Assembly (NCBI GenBank): GCA_951406725.2
Contig: OX597817.1
Coordinates: 86,242,001-86,306,000, forward strand
From: Octopus vulgaris
Lineage: Eukaryota
Direction of reading: 5' to 3'
Length of the DNA: 64,000 bases
Below the pieces are notes generated by a model. The model ran no database searches, was not told the DNA's origin, and was given only the letters and a program-made list of their open reading frames with translations. Shown piece by piece: positions 51,751 to 64,000 of the stretch (the stretch's first letter is position 1; each line of letters starts with the position of its first letter). The position numbers were made by a program, and so were the translations under genes.

Positions 51751-54700
51751 ATAAAAAGGTGGGTCCAACACGTGCGTACACTCATAATTGAACGTGTATC
51801 AGCTCTGTTTTGTTTTGTCTTTATTTCGTACTTCATCACAAAACACACAAACTTCGTGCGACTACTCGAAAATCAAAATATATATATATATATCCTAATG
51901 TATATATATATCTATTTATATCTGTATGTTTAAGTATGTGCTGATATTGGAGACAGTGAATTTATCGAACAGTCGATAAACAATGTATGACTGTTAAGTT
52001 TTGTATTTCTCATTTCTTTCTTATTCCTAAGTTTTGTTTTTGTTTTACCTTTAACTTCTATGATACTAACATTGGAAATGCAGACGAATGCCTGTCACAC
52101 TTGGATGTGTGTTTTTGACATTGACTTTATTATTACTTCAACTTCAACATTTGTAAATCTACCAGCTGCCCCATTTGTTTATTTCTTATTCATTATATTC
52201 GCGGTTTAATTTTTTAAAAACCATAATTTATTGTATAATAAATGTATATGAAAAAGTTTAAAATTTCTTTAGCCGTAGCAATTCATACTATTTATATCGT
52301 TTTTTCGTCCTGCTTATTTTATTGGTTCTTAATACTTTTGTAGAATGTTACCATTCCTTAGTCTTCTTCACTTGCAGCAATCCACATGCTGACAATATTA
52401 CCACACAGTGACACCTCTTTATTTTGACGCACTCTTCCTTCCATACACATGCACATACAGTCTCACCGATAAACATTCTCTCGCCAACACACACCCCTAG
52501 TTACAAAAAGTAAAATGTAATGTACACATTTGTACACTTGATAGGTGCAGTTCTCTGTAGGATAGATAGTTCATCGGACTACTAGGTCGCAGTTGGCTGT
52601 GTGTACACACACACACACACACACACATTGTTTGTATTCTCTACCTCAATACACACGGAATGTGATTGACACAGTTTTGTCATATATATATATATATATT
52701 AATCCCTTTAATTTCGTAGAAGAAAATATCTGACAACTTACCATGAACTGCCTAATTCTTAAATGTCTATAAACAAACACTGTACATTGTTTTTAGTAGA
52801 CAGTATCATGTATATCCTTGAAAACTAATACGATTTGATGGCATTCGCTTGTGTTTTGTTCAGTTTACAGATCTGTACTGCAAATAATAAATAATTTTGC
52901 CAAATAATTCCACCTAATATAAATAGTCACATGTTAAAACAATACCACCCTCCCTAACAATGTCTGTAAATACTTTCTTTGTAAAACTTGACATTTACCC
53001 GGTCTATTTGGTTATAATCCATAATTATTAATCCTCATTTTACTGTTTTTAAACTTAACTTTCGTAAACCTTGTAAAAGAAAACTTTTCTTTTTTGTAAA
53101 ATGTTATGTAAATTCATCTTGTTTTTAACTGGCAAATAACCGAGGTTTCTTAGTTTTGTATTTACTGATAGGCAACCTTGTTCATTGATGACTAATAATT
53201 ATATATTTAAGGCTAGACTTTCGTTGGAATGCACAGGAGATGATGTATGTGGTTGGATATTTTACTTTTACGTGTCTTTTATCCATTATCTACGAGATTT
53301 TGTTTTTATCCTTCTCAGATCTCCAGAGTGATGGATGGATGGATATTAAATGGTTGGTTCTACACCATAAGCACCGTTCTAGTGTTACGTGGAGATACTA
53401 GTGAAAAGCACTTCATTGGACCAGTGACAATAGGGTTTATTTCATACACATACACACCCATCCTCTTTATTGAATGATCTGTCTATTTATCAGTGTTTCA
53501 CTTACCAAAAATGCTCACCACGTTTTCTTAGGTTTACACAACGACACACCATACTGGACAGTCTTTTAACTAAGACACTTTTTTTGCACTTCTACGAACT
53601 AAGCCTCTTTTTAGTATGACTCAGTATTTTTTAAATACTAATTAAACCTCTATTTGCGTCTTTTGTCTTTCCTCTCTCTCTCTCTCTGATTTCTTCCGTT
53701 TCCCCCCTCTCTCTCCGCCCACCTCCATTTATTCTTTCTCTCTTTATTTTTAACCCAACCTCACTTCATCTTTCTATCTTTCTCTTTTATGAAGATTGTC
53801 GTATTAGCTCCAGAGCGTGTCTCAATCTTACCGATCTTTTTTTTTTTTTTTTTTTTTGCTTATGTAATCATGCTCTCAAATTCTTCTAACGGTAGAATTG
53901 GTTTCTCAATTTTTCCAACGCGTTTCTTTTATTGTGAACGCAGCTCATTCTCTCTTTCTTTCTCTCTGAAATGTCTGTTGCAGCACCATTTTCTTACCCG
54001 ACGTTTCTTCTACACGCTGTTTATTGAAGACTAAATCCCGAGTTAGTCTAGTTTCTATTCCCTGAGGTAATCGAACTTTTATTTTATCGATTAGGTTGTC
54101 TGGTGTTATGCAATCCAAGTTTTCAATTCTTTAGTTTTGTCTTTAATCTGTTTGCGTTTCTACGTTGTCCTCTGTTTTCTTTTTGTTTCCTTACCAAACA
54201 TTAAATAATAGAAGCAGCAAATATATATAAAAGAAAAACAGCAAACTAAAAAAAGCCTGGTTTTCTAGCGTCGATACTCTTAAGAATTTGAAAGTAAATT
54301 GGGAGTGTTGTGTCCTTTATCAGTTTATGCTCTGTTTCTCTCTCAAAATCTATCTTCATTTGTTTTGTTTTTGCTTGAAAATACAATTCTAAAGTCAGGA
54401 ATTTGAGGGAGGTCCGTTGAAAGAGGTTTACTTCGTAAAAGGCTGTTGAATAAGAGAACTTTCAAATATCTTCTCTGTACACATTTAAACATCATAGTTT
54501 AGATTTATATGTGTGTGTTTATACAGACGTAATTAAAGAAAAATTCTTTCTATAAATTGTATAGTTATTTATATGTATATTATGATAGCCCATTCATGAA
54601 CTAGAATCTTGTTTGAAACCACAAATTTGTTAAACCCATTCAGCTGAATTATTATACCTTGAAATATAAATTTCTATGAACAATCTCTGTTTATTTAACT

Positions 54701-57700
54701 TTTAATGACCATTTGGTAATTTTTCCTTCAATAGCCTTGTTTCTTTTGTAATTGTGAACTACTTTTCCTAATATTTTATTTTTTTAAACATATTTTTAAA
54801 TAGAGGAGACTTCAGGTTGTTTTCCTGAAATTCAAATAAAATCTGTAACTTTTCCACACACTAAGTTTATGTAAGCCTTATGAGGTGATTTTTATGCTAT
54901 TTCAGTAAACAAGTTTCACACCAAGTCATAAAAATATCCAACTAAATGACTTGTGCTGGAGGTCATTTAGCTTAAGGTTAGTCATTTAATAGTTGTCTTT
55001 AAGCAACAGGTTTTAGTTTTTGTTTCAAGTGAAAGCTATTATTTGCATGGAATACTTAATTTTTTTCTTTTTTGTTCTTGTAGCAAACAAAAATTTTGTA
55101 TTATAATGAAAATGTTGCTTTTTGAACATTTTTTTATATTGGTTTCATTTGTGTTAAAAATTAGGCAATCATCTATAAAGATATTTATTTTGTGGAACTA
55201 AACTCTGTTCATTTTATAGCTTTGATATTCAGCACTCAACACAAGTGGATCCCTGTATGTAGGGGTGAAGGAAATATAAGTTAAACTTGTACATCATTTC
55301 ATAGACTAAATACCATATGTTTGAATGACAGTATATTTATACATAAATAGTGCAGAAAAGGTGGACGAAGGTATTAGCACACTCTGTATAAATATTTGAT
55401 AAAAATAGCTCGACCTAAGTGAGTAGAGTGGTGGGTTTACTGGATGGCATTTAGACATACTAATTTATAATAATGGACATTTAAAGATTCTCTTTTCTTT
55501 GTATTGATGTTGTATTTTGTCTTATACTGTGTAATTAGTTAAAATGATTGTCAATGGTTTTTTTTATTTTTCATATTCTTGAATTTTATATACCAAATAA
55601 TCTTTTCATAATCCTTTTGTGCAAGGATTAATTTTAACATGAAATTTTGTACTTCTGAGAAAATTTACCAACCTATTGAGAGCTGTTGTAATTTCAGTTG
55701 ATCTGTTTTCCCCTTTGCAATAGTAATTTTTCTTCCATTACTAAAGCAGTTTAACTAGCTTTACTTTTTTTTTTTAATTACCATATTCAAATCAGATATT
55801 ACACTTCAAGTGATCGACTATTGTAATTTTTATATTTTACAAGTTGAAAAACTATATTTTTGAATGCTTATTATTCTTTAAAGATGCCATATTTTTGGAG
55901 TTATTTCTAACTACTTGATTCTGTTACTTTTTTTTATTATCTACATTTGGTTAACTGGTTCTAGAATACTCAAACTATTACTATTGATATTTTACTCTTT
56001 TCTAATTTAGTAAACCTGAAGATTTCCTGAGCTGTATTGATTCAATGAGTTGCTATATATTTTTACCATATCTCATCAAAGAGTTCTAATCTATTAGCTC
56101 CTTTATAATTATTCTGTCTTCATCCTGTCTATATCACATGTACTAACATAATTTTCACCTAACATGTGTCATCCATTCACATAATACCATAGTTGTCTCT
56201 TAGTTATATTAGCCAATACTTTAGTTACTGTGCTGCTTTATTAATTGTTCCCTCAAGTTCACATCATACTTATTCCTCCCCAGTTGAATTCATCCATTTG
56301 TGTGAAATGGTCATACATTAACACAATTCTATATAATCTGGTTTTTCATTACTAATAGCACAGTAATTCTTCAAACTTTCTGACTCTTCAAAGTTTAGAG
56401 ACGATTTTATCACAAACTCCATCTTCATAATTATCAGTTTAGGAACAGGGCTTGTCTATTAATTCACAGGAACCAATATCAGTGTAATATGTTTATTTCT
56501 AGGTTTATTGTTAATCCTTATATGTTAATGACATTTAATTGTTACATTGAGTTCTATGTTTTAAGTGCTCCTGCTATTAACCAGTTTCTTATATTTTGTT
56601 ATAGTTTCTTTTAGCTGCACCTGCTATTAGCTTTTAATATTTTGTCATGGTCACTATTTCAGTTATTTTTCTTGGAGCTATTTTTGTTGCAAATTTCCAA
56701 CACAGCTTCGGAGCTGATGACTTGATGAGAAACCAAGTTGTTTGATACACCCATTTATATCTTAAATTGCATATTACTTATCCCAACTTTAATTTTAGAT
56801 TCCTTCTACAATGTCTGAAATGTTTTTACAAGTCAGTTGCCCATATTTAGCCATTCCATTGACCACCAGACTGCAGATTGTGGGTCATTGTTCAAAGCAT
56901 TTCCTTGCTCAACAAACGAAGGTAGTTGTTTGTTCTTTCTTACTGGAATATTGTATTTGTTCTAAAAACTCAAATTCTTGTTGTTTGTAGTCTCAACTAG
57001 CTTTGTTATGGCTTTTTACTTCCTTCATGGATTGTTTAGCTTCTTAGTAAGCTTAAATTTGAACTATGTATCTGTGTGTGAATTATTTCATGTATTATTT
57101 TAACATTATCTCACGGTTCTCTCTCCATCTCTCTTGTCAATATTAGAAAGGGACATAAAACGAAACTTTTATTATATACACATCACTCTACTCCTGTTTG
57201 TTACAGTTCTCCAGGCTGTATCACAGGAGTTTAAGATGTCTGTGGAATCTTCTCTATAACAATGATGTAATTTATAGAAAAGTAGCTTGTAGGAATGCAA
57301 CATAGTGTATTCAGTTTAAAATATGGGTACACAAGAGATGCAGTGAGATCATAGGCAGGCTGATAGAGAAGCATTTAGGTGTGCATGAGTAGTTAGCAAT
57401 AAGGGACCCATAGAATTATTTTTCCTAAATGTTCAGAGGGCTCCCTAGTAGTAGTTGATATTTTATGTTAACTAAGTGACCTAAGTGATACTTGAGTAAT
57501 GTGTGCCAGAGCATACTAGTTAGAATAAGAATAGTTAGGAAAAGTTCAGCAAGCTATTACCTTTGCTAATAATTGATAGTATATGGTGCCTTATGTGTGA
57601 AATGCGATTTTGCTTGGTGGTGAAACAGTTAGTGAATGTGGAAAATAATATGAAAGCTGGAAAGAAACGAAGTATATTTAATAGGTGTAGGTATGCTATG

Positions 57701-58810
57701 TGGTTTAAATATTTGCTTACTAACCATATGGTCTTGGGTTCAGCTTCACTGTGTGGAATCTTGATGAAGTGTCTACTATAGCCCCAGGATAACCAAAACC
57801 TTGTGAGTGCATTTGGTAGAGGGAAACAAAAAGAAGCCTGTCTTGTGTGTGTGTATACCTTTGACATCACATGATGGTTGTAACAAGCATTGTCTTCATA
57901 GAAGTGAGGATGTCGATGCCCACTCTTCAGTGTAAGGCATTTCTGGCCATGGGAAGTATTATCTTATTTGGAAACAAGTGAGGTTTGTCAGCAGGATGGG
58001 CATCCAATTGTAGAAAATCTACCTCATTAAGTTCCATCTGATACATGCAAGCATGGGAAACTGGATACAAAATGTTGTTGAAGGAATGAAATGAGCTATA
58101 TGAAAACAGGAAAAAACTGAGGCAAGCATATTCTATTGGATTTGTAAGTGTTGGCGAATATAAGAGAAAACTGAATGTGAAAGGAATTTAGACATAGTGT
58201 AGAGATTGTGTAGACATGTTATACATAAAGAGGCTAACTGTTGAGTAAAGAAGGTGATCCAAATTGAAGGATGTGTGTATGTTTGTGTGCTTGCTTTTAT
58301 GAAAGTAGCAGTATATGAGCATTGATGTTAGTTTTCCTGTCAACAAATCATCCACTCGCTTTGCACCGTCAAAGCCTTGTGGAATGAGAGATCCCTTACT
58401 TGCAAAACTGATTAGGGTTGACAGCAGGAAGTGCATCTGTGTAACCTAGAGAAAAACAGAATGTAAACTATCAAAATTCAATGTTGAGAACCAGTAATTT
58501 TTCCATGCTTACATAAGTTGCATAATCTGTTTTAATTTGTTCTGTGTTGGCCTGGTGTCAGCTAAAACCATAAAATCCTTCCTGCTCTGAATACTGCCAT
58601 TCACCTACTTATAGAAACTTTCCTATTAAATCATAAATCTATTCTTGTCATTTTATTTTTTCATTCAGTGTTCTTTTTCTGATAGACTAGTTACAATATT
58701 TAGTAAGTTGAAATCTGATTTACAAAGATCAGGTGTTACTTTGTGAAAGTAGGAGTTTTTAGGAACTTCCTCTATAATTGTTTGTTATCAGCCTAATCCA
58801 CTTCAATGTA

Positions 58811-60070
58811 TTGGGTTGTCCAGAAAGTTTGTGCCGATTTTTGAAAGGAAAGAGAAAGGTCAATAAATACTTGTCATTACATTTTTAATCAACCAAATAT
58901 GAATTATTTTGTTGCACAATGAGTCTCCATCTTTCCTTTAACTTGAAAATAACCTTCCCAGAATTGAGATGGTTTCATGGCAAAGAATCCATCCAGTTAT
59001 CTTTTTACATCATCCAGGGAATTGAAATTTTTACCATTAAGGCTATTCTGCAGAGACCTGAATAAGTGGAAATCCGAAGGAGCAATATCTGGTGAATATG
59101 GAGGGTGGGATAACACATCCCAGCTGAGCTGCAGCAATTTTTGTCTGGTTCCCAAAGAAATGTACGGTCTTGCATTATCATTATCATGTTGGAAAACAAC
59201 ATCCTTCCTGTTGGCCAATTCTGGACGTTTCTCTTGAATTGCTGCTTTTAACACGTCCAGTTGTATGCAGTAGTTCTCAGAATTAATTGTCTGGTTACTT
59301 GGGAGAAGCTCATGGTACAGAATTCCTTTCCAATCCCACCAGACACAAAGCAAGACTTTTTTAGGGTGAAGACCCACTTTTGGGTTGGCTAAGGGTGGCT
59401 CATGTTGCTTTCTCCAGGATCGCTTTCATTGAACATTTCTGTAGATAATCCATTTCTCATCACCTGTCACAATTTGCTTTAAAAATGGTGCATTTTCATT
59501 CTGTTTATAAAGTGAATCACAGATGGAAATGCGATCCAAAAGGTTCTTCTCACTCAACTCATGTGGTACCCTAGCTCTACCAGGTACTCATGAATGATGG
59601 ATTTTGATAGGTTGAGGCTTTCTGCCAATTCTCAGGTTGTGTAATGTGGGTTATTCTCAATGACTTGATTTGGTCATCATCTGTAGTGGATGGTCTGCCT
59701 GATCGCTCTTTATCAATAAGGCTACAATCTCCAGCTTGGAACCTTGCGAACCACTTCCGTACAGTTCTTTCGGATAAAGAAACACCACCATAAACTGCGC
59801 ATATTTCTTTGGTTGCTTGTGGGGCATTTTTCCCTTTACGGAAAAAGAAAAGCATCAAGTGCCGAAAATGAACTTTCTTATCTTCCATTTTAAAGGGTTA
59901 CAGAATTAACACAGGGTATAGGAACATAAACCTTCTTCCATGAAAAGATAATTTAAACTGTGCTCTAAATGGAGGTGTAGTCAAATCCTATTTTATGGAC
60001 TTAACCATGTTCTAAAATAAGTTGAAAGGTAAGCTACTATAAATCAGCATGAACTTTCCGGACAACCCAA
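58811..60070 (-). mobile_element. Full-length defective mariner (DD34D, mellifera-like) with TA TSD
   Basis: About 30-bp TIRs TTGGGTTGTCC.GAAAGTT; transposase pieces MEDKKVHFRH, IVTGDEKW, GLHPKKVLLCVWWDWKG, HDN..ARP and HPPYSPDIAPSDFHLF, broken by frameshifts and stops. Confidence 0.95.
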
Positions 60071-60360
60071 TATTTAAATGTAACTCTCTTCTGTTAAATG
60101 AAAATATATTTTAAAGATAAATTTATATACCTTCTTTATTTTGTAAGTAATTGTTACAGGATTTATAGAAACAATGTCTTAATAATTTAATATCATGCAT
60201 AGTGAAGAACAAATTTTTGTGTGTACCAAATGGAAGTAAGGAAGGAGGTTTGTCTATTACTTGGACTCTTAGATGGATAATGTAGCAGGCATGACTATAA
60301 GGTTAACAAGTATGTTTTTGCAACAACTGGAATTTGGTTTGCAGAAGCCTGTTGTATGTA

Positions 60361-60391
<31 letters not shown>

Positions 60392-61124
60392 TAGTATATC
60401 TGTTTTCGATATATATTGGTAAAGTATGTAAACATGAGAAAACTAAAAAAAAAACATACTATATAAATGAAGTTCTTTCTGATATTTGTTCAGCACTGAG
60501 ACATTCTCTTGTCACTCTCACCATCAGAGATGCTGCAAATCAGTGATTGGCCTCTTGGAAATAATAGCTACAAATTGCAATATGAAATTTAAAAATTTGT
60601 ATAAATTTCCAAGTAATCATTTAAAGTCCATTTTTCCATGCTTGCATTAATTGGTTGGAATTTATCAAGGCACATTTTCTAAGGTAGACGTACTTCCTGT
60701 TTGCCAACCCTCACCTGTTAGAAACAGTGGAGGATCATATATTTCCTATGGCTAGACATGTTTTTCACAGAAGACAGGAAACAAACATCAGTTCTATGAT
60801 GGTGATGCTTATTTATAACTATCGTGCTATCAAGACTCGGATATACATACTTGCATGATGGGCTTTCTTTTTCTCTCTACAGAATCTATGCACAAAGCTT
60901 TGGTTCAATCTGGGGCTATAATAGATGCCCTATGTTCCATGTGGAACTGAAGACCATATGATTGGGGAGCAATCTTCTCAACTGCACAGCCATGCCTGCA
61001 TTTAGATATATTTGTAAATATCAACTGCCCTTATAGAGACTCGGTTCCTTTTTAAAGTTAAAGTTGATTTAAATAGCATAACTGTTGTTGCTACATCTCT
61101 CCCTGCATAGTCAGTTCTGATTAA

Positions 61125-61345
61125 CCCTTTCATTACCAACCTGGCTGAAACTGGCTCTGGCTTTGTAGTACAAATATCTTGTTTTCATAAGTTTTGAATT
61201 AAAATCTTCCACCAAACCTTATTCATAATTTATGCTCCTAACACCAGCTTAATGATAACCAAGTTATTTTACTAAATTCTTTGTTATATCTAAAATAATT
61301 GAGAGAAACACAGAGCATCTCAAAATAAATACAGTAACGAAAGGG
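61125..61345. mobile_element. piggyBac-like MITE, best-preserved copy
   Basis: TTAA|CCCTTTCATTAC ... GTAACGAAAGGG|TTAA (11 of 12 TIR match). Confidence 0.85.
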
Positions 61346-64000
61346 TTAACTATGGTGAAAATGTGTTGGAGGCGACCAGCTTGTCTTTTTTTTCCAATTA
61401 AGCACCATATTATACAATCTGTTCTTATTTAAAATGGTAGGGTATGTGATTTGATTGATACCAGTGTGCTATATTTGGCAGTTTGAGTGGCCATGCACAT
61501 GCTCCTTTGTTGGTTGTTGTGTGTGCCTGATTTCAAAATCATATTTATAATTTAATGTCCATGTTCCATACATGAGTTACAAAGTTTGACAAGATTTGAT
61601 GGGCACCAAGGACTGCATGGTGCACCACTATCTTCTTTGGCATGGTTTCTATAGCTGGATATGCCCTTCCTAATGCCAACCACTTAGCAGTAGGTACTAG
61701 GTACTTTTTTCATGCCACAGCACTAGTTAGGTTACTTTGCAGCTTGCAAGACCGTTAACCTCGGGAGAGAACTCTCTGCTAGAAAGTGAAGGGTTAAAGT
61801 ATGAGAGAAGAAGCCAAACCTGAAGAAGTTTCTTGCTGCAGAGAAGCTACATGGTTACTCACATTTCAGAACGGAATGTGGGACTAACTGGGATGGAGCT
61901 GGAAAGAGATAAAAATAGTGGTGATGAGTGTTGGGGTGGACCCTTGAGGTACATAGCTGATAGACCATTGGTGGAGTTGCCTTGACTAACAGATATGTAA
62001 CACATGATTTGGAATATTCTAAAATTTGTACCAAGTGCCTGAAGATATATGATCTGTGTAAGAATCTCAGCACTACGGCTGTTAGTAATTAAAAATAGTT
62101 GAATATTCAACATTGTCTTTATAATCATTGAAATCTAGACTGTATAGCTAAGATGAGGCAGTAATAATAATGAAAAACCATTGTCTTTCAGGTCATTGTA
62201 AAGGAAATACTTTCCTAATGTGAAGAATAAATCCTTGCAATTAGTCATAAATCGACCTGACTAGTATATTAGTAATAGTATTCTAGTTAGTCACCATTGT
62301 TATCATTAAGAAGGTTGGCTTTATTTTTTTTTTGTTAATATATGGCATAGCCTACATGAATTTACAGTGCAGTATATTAACATTCCTTTTGATTCAGTGT
62401 CATCTTATATGTAGACCACACAGGCACACTACTAGTTTTCACTTATATGTTCTTTCATATATTCTATTCAGAGTAAAGGGGATTGTCTTGCAAATATTGA
62501 TTAACATATGTAATATCAATTCAATTCATCTATAGTGTTCGTTTACAAATTTTAAGTTTAACCATGTTGCTCTGCTTGAAACATCTTTTATATTTTAATG
62601 TACTCATTGACAGTTGGAAATGGTCAGATTAATTAGTTGTCTGTCTAGCATCCAAGTAGTTAAACAGTGCAATGTTTACAGTTTCAAAGTTACTTTATTC
62701 AGGGTTGCTGAATAAATTTCAGTGCATACTAGCAGCTGTAAGGATATTTTGTTAGTTTGTTTTAATCATTCAAGTCCAGCAGGCCTGGAAGCTGTAATAA
62801 ATATCCAGCTCAAGTGTACTCCTCATCATTATCATCATTTAATGTTTTCCATGCTGGCATGGTTTGGATGGTTTGACATGGAGCTAGCAAGGCTGAGAAC
62901 AACACCAGGTTCCATTGTCTGTTTTGGCATGGTTTATACAGCTGGATGCCCTTCCTAATGTAAACCACTTTACAGAGTGTACTGGATGTTTTTTATGTGG
63001 TACTGGCACTGACAGGGTCACCAAGTACTTTGAGAGACAAAACCCCCTCAACTGGGAGCAGAGAGTTGTATTGAGTAGGTGTAATTTTGTGCCAGTTGAG
63101 AGATTAAAGGTTTAAAGAGGGACAGATAGATGTCTTGCTATAGAGTAGATACATGAATATCCCTGTTGGGGAAAAAAAGGATAGTGAACTAGAGAGTAAG
63201 ATAAAGCTATAGCGAGAGGGGTGATGGTGAAGATGTCGATACATGACCTTGAGTGACATTTGGGGTGGTGAGAATAAGTGAGGTGATACAGAGGTTTGGA
63301 CTGGGTCTGTGTGCAAGATTGAGGTGACTGTAGCAAATGATGTGAGAGAAATATAGGAGAGTCTTGGGGACAAGTGTTGCAGTTGATATGTGAGGGTTTT
63401 GAGGGTGATAGCTGGTAAGTGTGGTGTTAATAATGGAGAACAGCACAGGGTAGACGTGTAGATGATAGATGATTAGTGGAGACAGTAAACAAGGAAACAC
63501 AAAGGGAAGTGGTTTGAGGTGAGGAAAGAAAAAATAACTGAGAAAGTCAGGGTGGGGATGTAGTATGTGCCTATTCTGCTCTCAGGTAACAGATGAAATG
63601 TATGTGGACGGAAGGTTGATTGAGCAGAGAGGATGGAGTTGAAATTTTTTCCATTTATCTCCCATATTTAATGGTTATTTCAAATCACTAACAATGTTTT
63701 GTCAATTTGAACAGTGAAATAATGGTTAGATAGTTTTTGTGAAATCTTTAACTAACTCATCTTCATTCTAGTCTCTCAAGACACTTGTAAAGAAGGTCAG
63801 CTGCTATTTATAGTTGAGCTATTTTCTATCTTTAAAGAAAAAGCCCATCCTTTGTGTTTTGTCTGTGCTTTAAGAAATGTCTGTTTATGTGTGGTTTAGA
63901 AGTAATACTAGCACATTGTTAATGAAGAGACAGTATGTGAAGGACTCCAAGTTAAAATCAAATGAATAGAATGTGGGTCAGAAAAGGCCACATTGGCACA

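Overview
AT-rich, microsatellite-dense animal genomic DNA. The SINE/LINE families look like those of octopus, but this is recognition, not a search result. There is one clear host gene, on the minus strand: a ubiquitin-specific protease (peptidase C19) with a hydrophobic, probably membrane-anchoring N-terminus. Its inferred coding exon 1 is 23481-23393 and its large exon 2 is 7995-6878; the His-box exons were not found in the window. Two CpG-retaining promoter-like islands carry YY1/ZNF143/NRF1/ETS-like motifs (~23.75 kb and ~51.65 kb). The rest is mostly transposon debris: RTE LINEs with a Cys-rich insertion after the RT core and hairpin-repeat 3' UTRs, CR1-like and R4/Dong-like fragments, Penelope-like relics, Helitrons/HINE, two related mariners, a Tc1 relic, MITEs, a solo LTR and many tRNA-derived SINEs. 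The most unusual signals are several type I minimal hammerhead-ribozyme motifs (one ~550 bp from the USP promoter), interleaved near-perfect inverted repeats at 42.4-43.1 kb, a 48-nt copy of the 51.7 kb promoter-proximal sequence inside a SINE 13 kb away, a Helitron whose empty site survives in a local duplicate, and a possible decayed or orphan multi-exon plus-strand transcript between the two promoters. No prokaryote-type system (CRISPR, operon) is present.
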